From Phyllobates terribilis (taxonomy: Eukaryota), in assembly GCF_046119375.1 (NCBI RefSeq), contig NW_027362765.1:391468001-391532000 (forward strand): a stretch of 64,000 nt of DNA, in the 5' to 3' direction. Below are positions 63,514 through 64,000 of this stretch, piece by piece. Made by a program: the position numbers and the translations under genes. Below the pieces are notes generated by a model, which saw only the letters and a list, made by a program, of their open reading frames with translations, did no database searches and was not told the DNA's origin. The number at the start of each line of letters is the position of its first letter. Within the stretch, counting starts at the first letter, position 1.

Positions 63514-64000
63514 TGTGGCACCCTGCTACCACAGGTACCACAGGACCCAAAAGGGTGCATGGATGGACTACTCCACAAGAGGCCCTCACTACAGACAAAC
63601 ACCTCCACCCTTCCACCTCATACCACCAGAGGTAGCCCTGTTAGGGATATATATGCCTGTTAGGGATATATGGAGGGTGGAGTCAGGCAGCTCAGTCAGA
63701 GTCAGAGAGTTTAGTCTGAGGAGAGTGTGCTGGCGCTTAGACCAGTGAAGAAGCAGCACGTGAACTGCTGTGTTCTGAGGGCCCCGAGTGTGGCTGAGGC
63801 AAGGAGAAAGGAGTTAAGGGGGCAGAGGAGCATCACAGGCTCACCCCAAGACATAATCCGGACACCGGGTCCGCGCCTACAGGGTCCTCTATACCCAGTA
63901 GGGATTACCGGCATACCAGGAGGATTACAGATCGCTGGTCGACCTGAAGCTAAACCCTTTACAGGACTAGGAACCACGAAGGCCCCGGCATCCAGGGATA
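63514..64000 (+). mobile_element. 5' part of another LTR of the TGTGGCACC superfamily, running off the window
   Basis: Starts TGTGGCACCCTGCTACCACAGGTACCACA (terminal hairpin), TATA-like GGGATATATA, AG-rich tract as in related LTRs; 3' end not visible. Confidence 0.6.

Overview
Eukaryotic, very probably amphibian (frog-like) genomic DNA; the taxon is inferred only from the repeat families present. The window is almost entirely nested transposable elements and tandem repeats, and no host gene could be confidently identified. Contents: (1) a hAT element (open transposase ORF, right terminus at 6371) carrying nested Tc1, L1 and solo-LTR insertions plus a captured 18S rDNA fragment; (2) a decayed chromoviral Gypsy element (11969-18661) with two solo LTRs inserted in it; (3) four Tc1/mariner elements, one with an uninterrupted 340-aa DD34E ORF and one a fold-back made of two 3' ends; (4) two large non-autonomous hAT elements defined by 8-bp TSDs, one inflated by a 6.9-kb minisatellite; (5) a near-complete Tx1-clade non-LTR element inserted in a 35-36 bp satellite. 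The most striking object is a very young LTR element (20016-24976; two 1222-bp LTRs, 4-bp TSD, tRNA-Ser PBS, PPT) whose single long ORF has no recognisable gag/pol and ends in a cold-shock (CSD/OB-fold) domain. Related solo LTRs in the window share a 5' terminal hairpin with compensatory changes and an internal second PBS-like motif matching tRNA-Ser 3' ends. All coordinates and identities were read by eye; no alignments or database searches were run.
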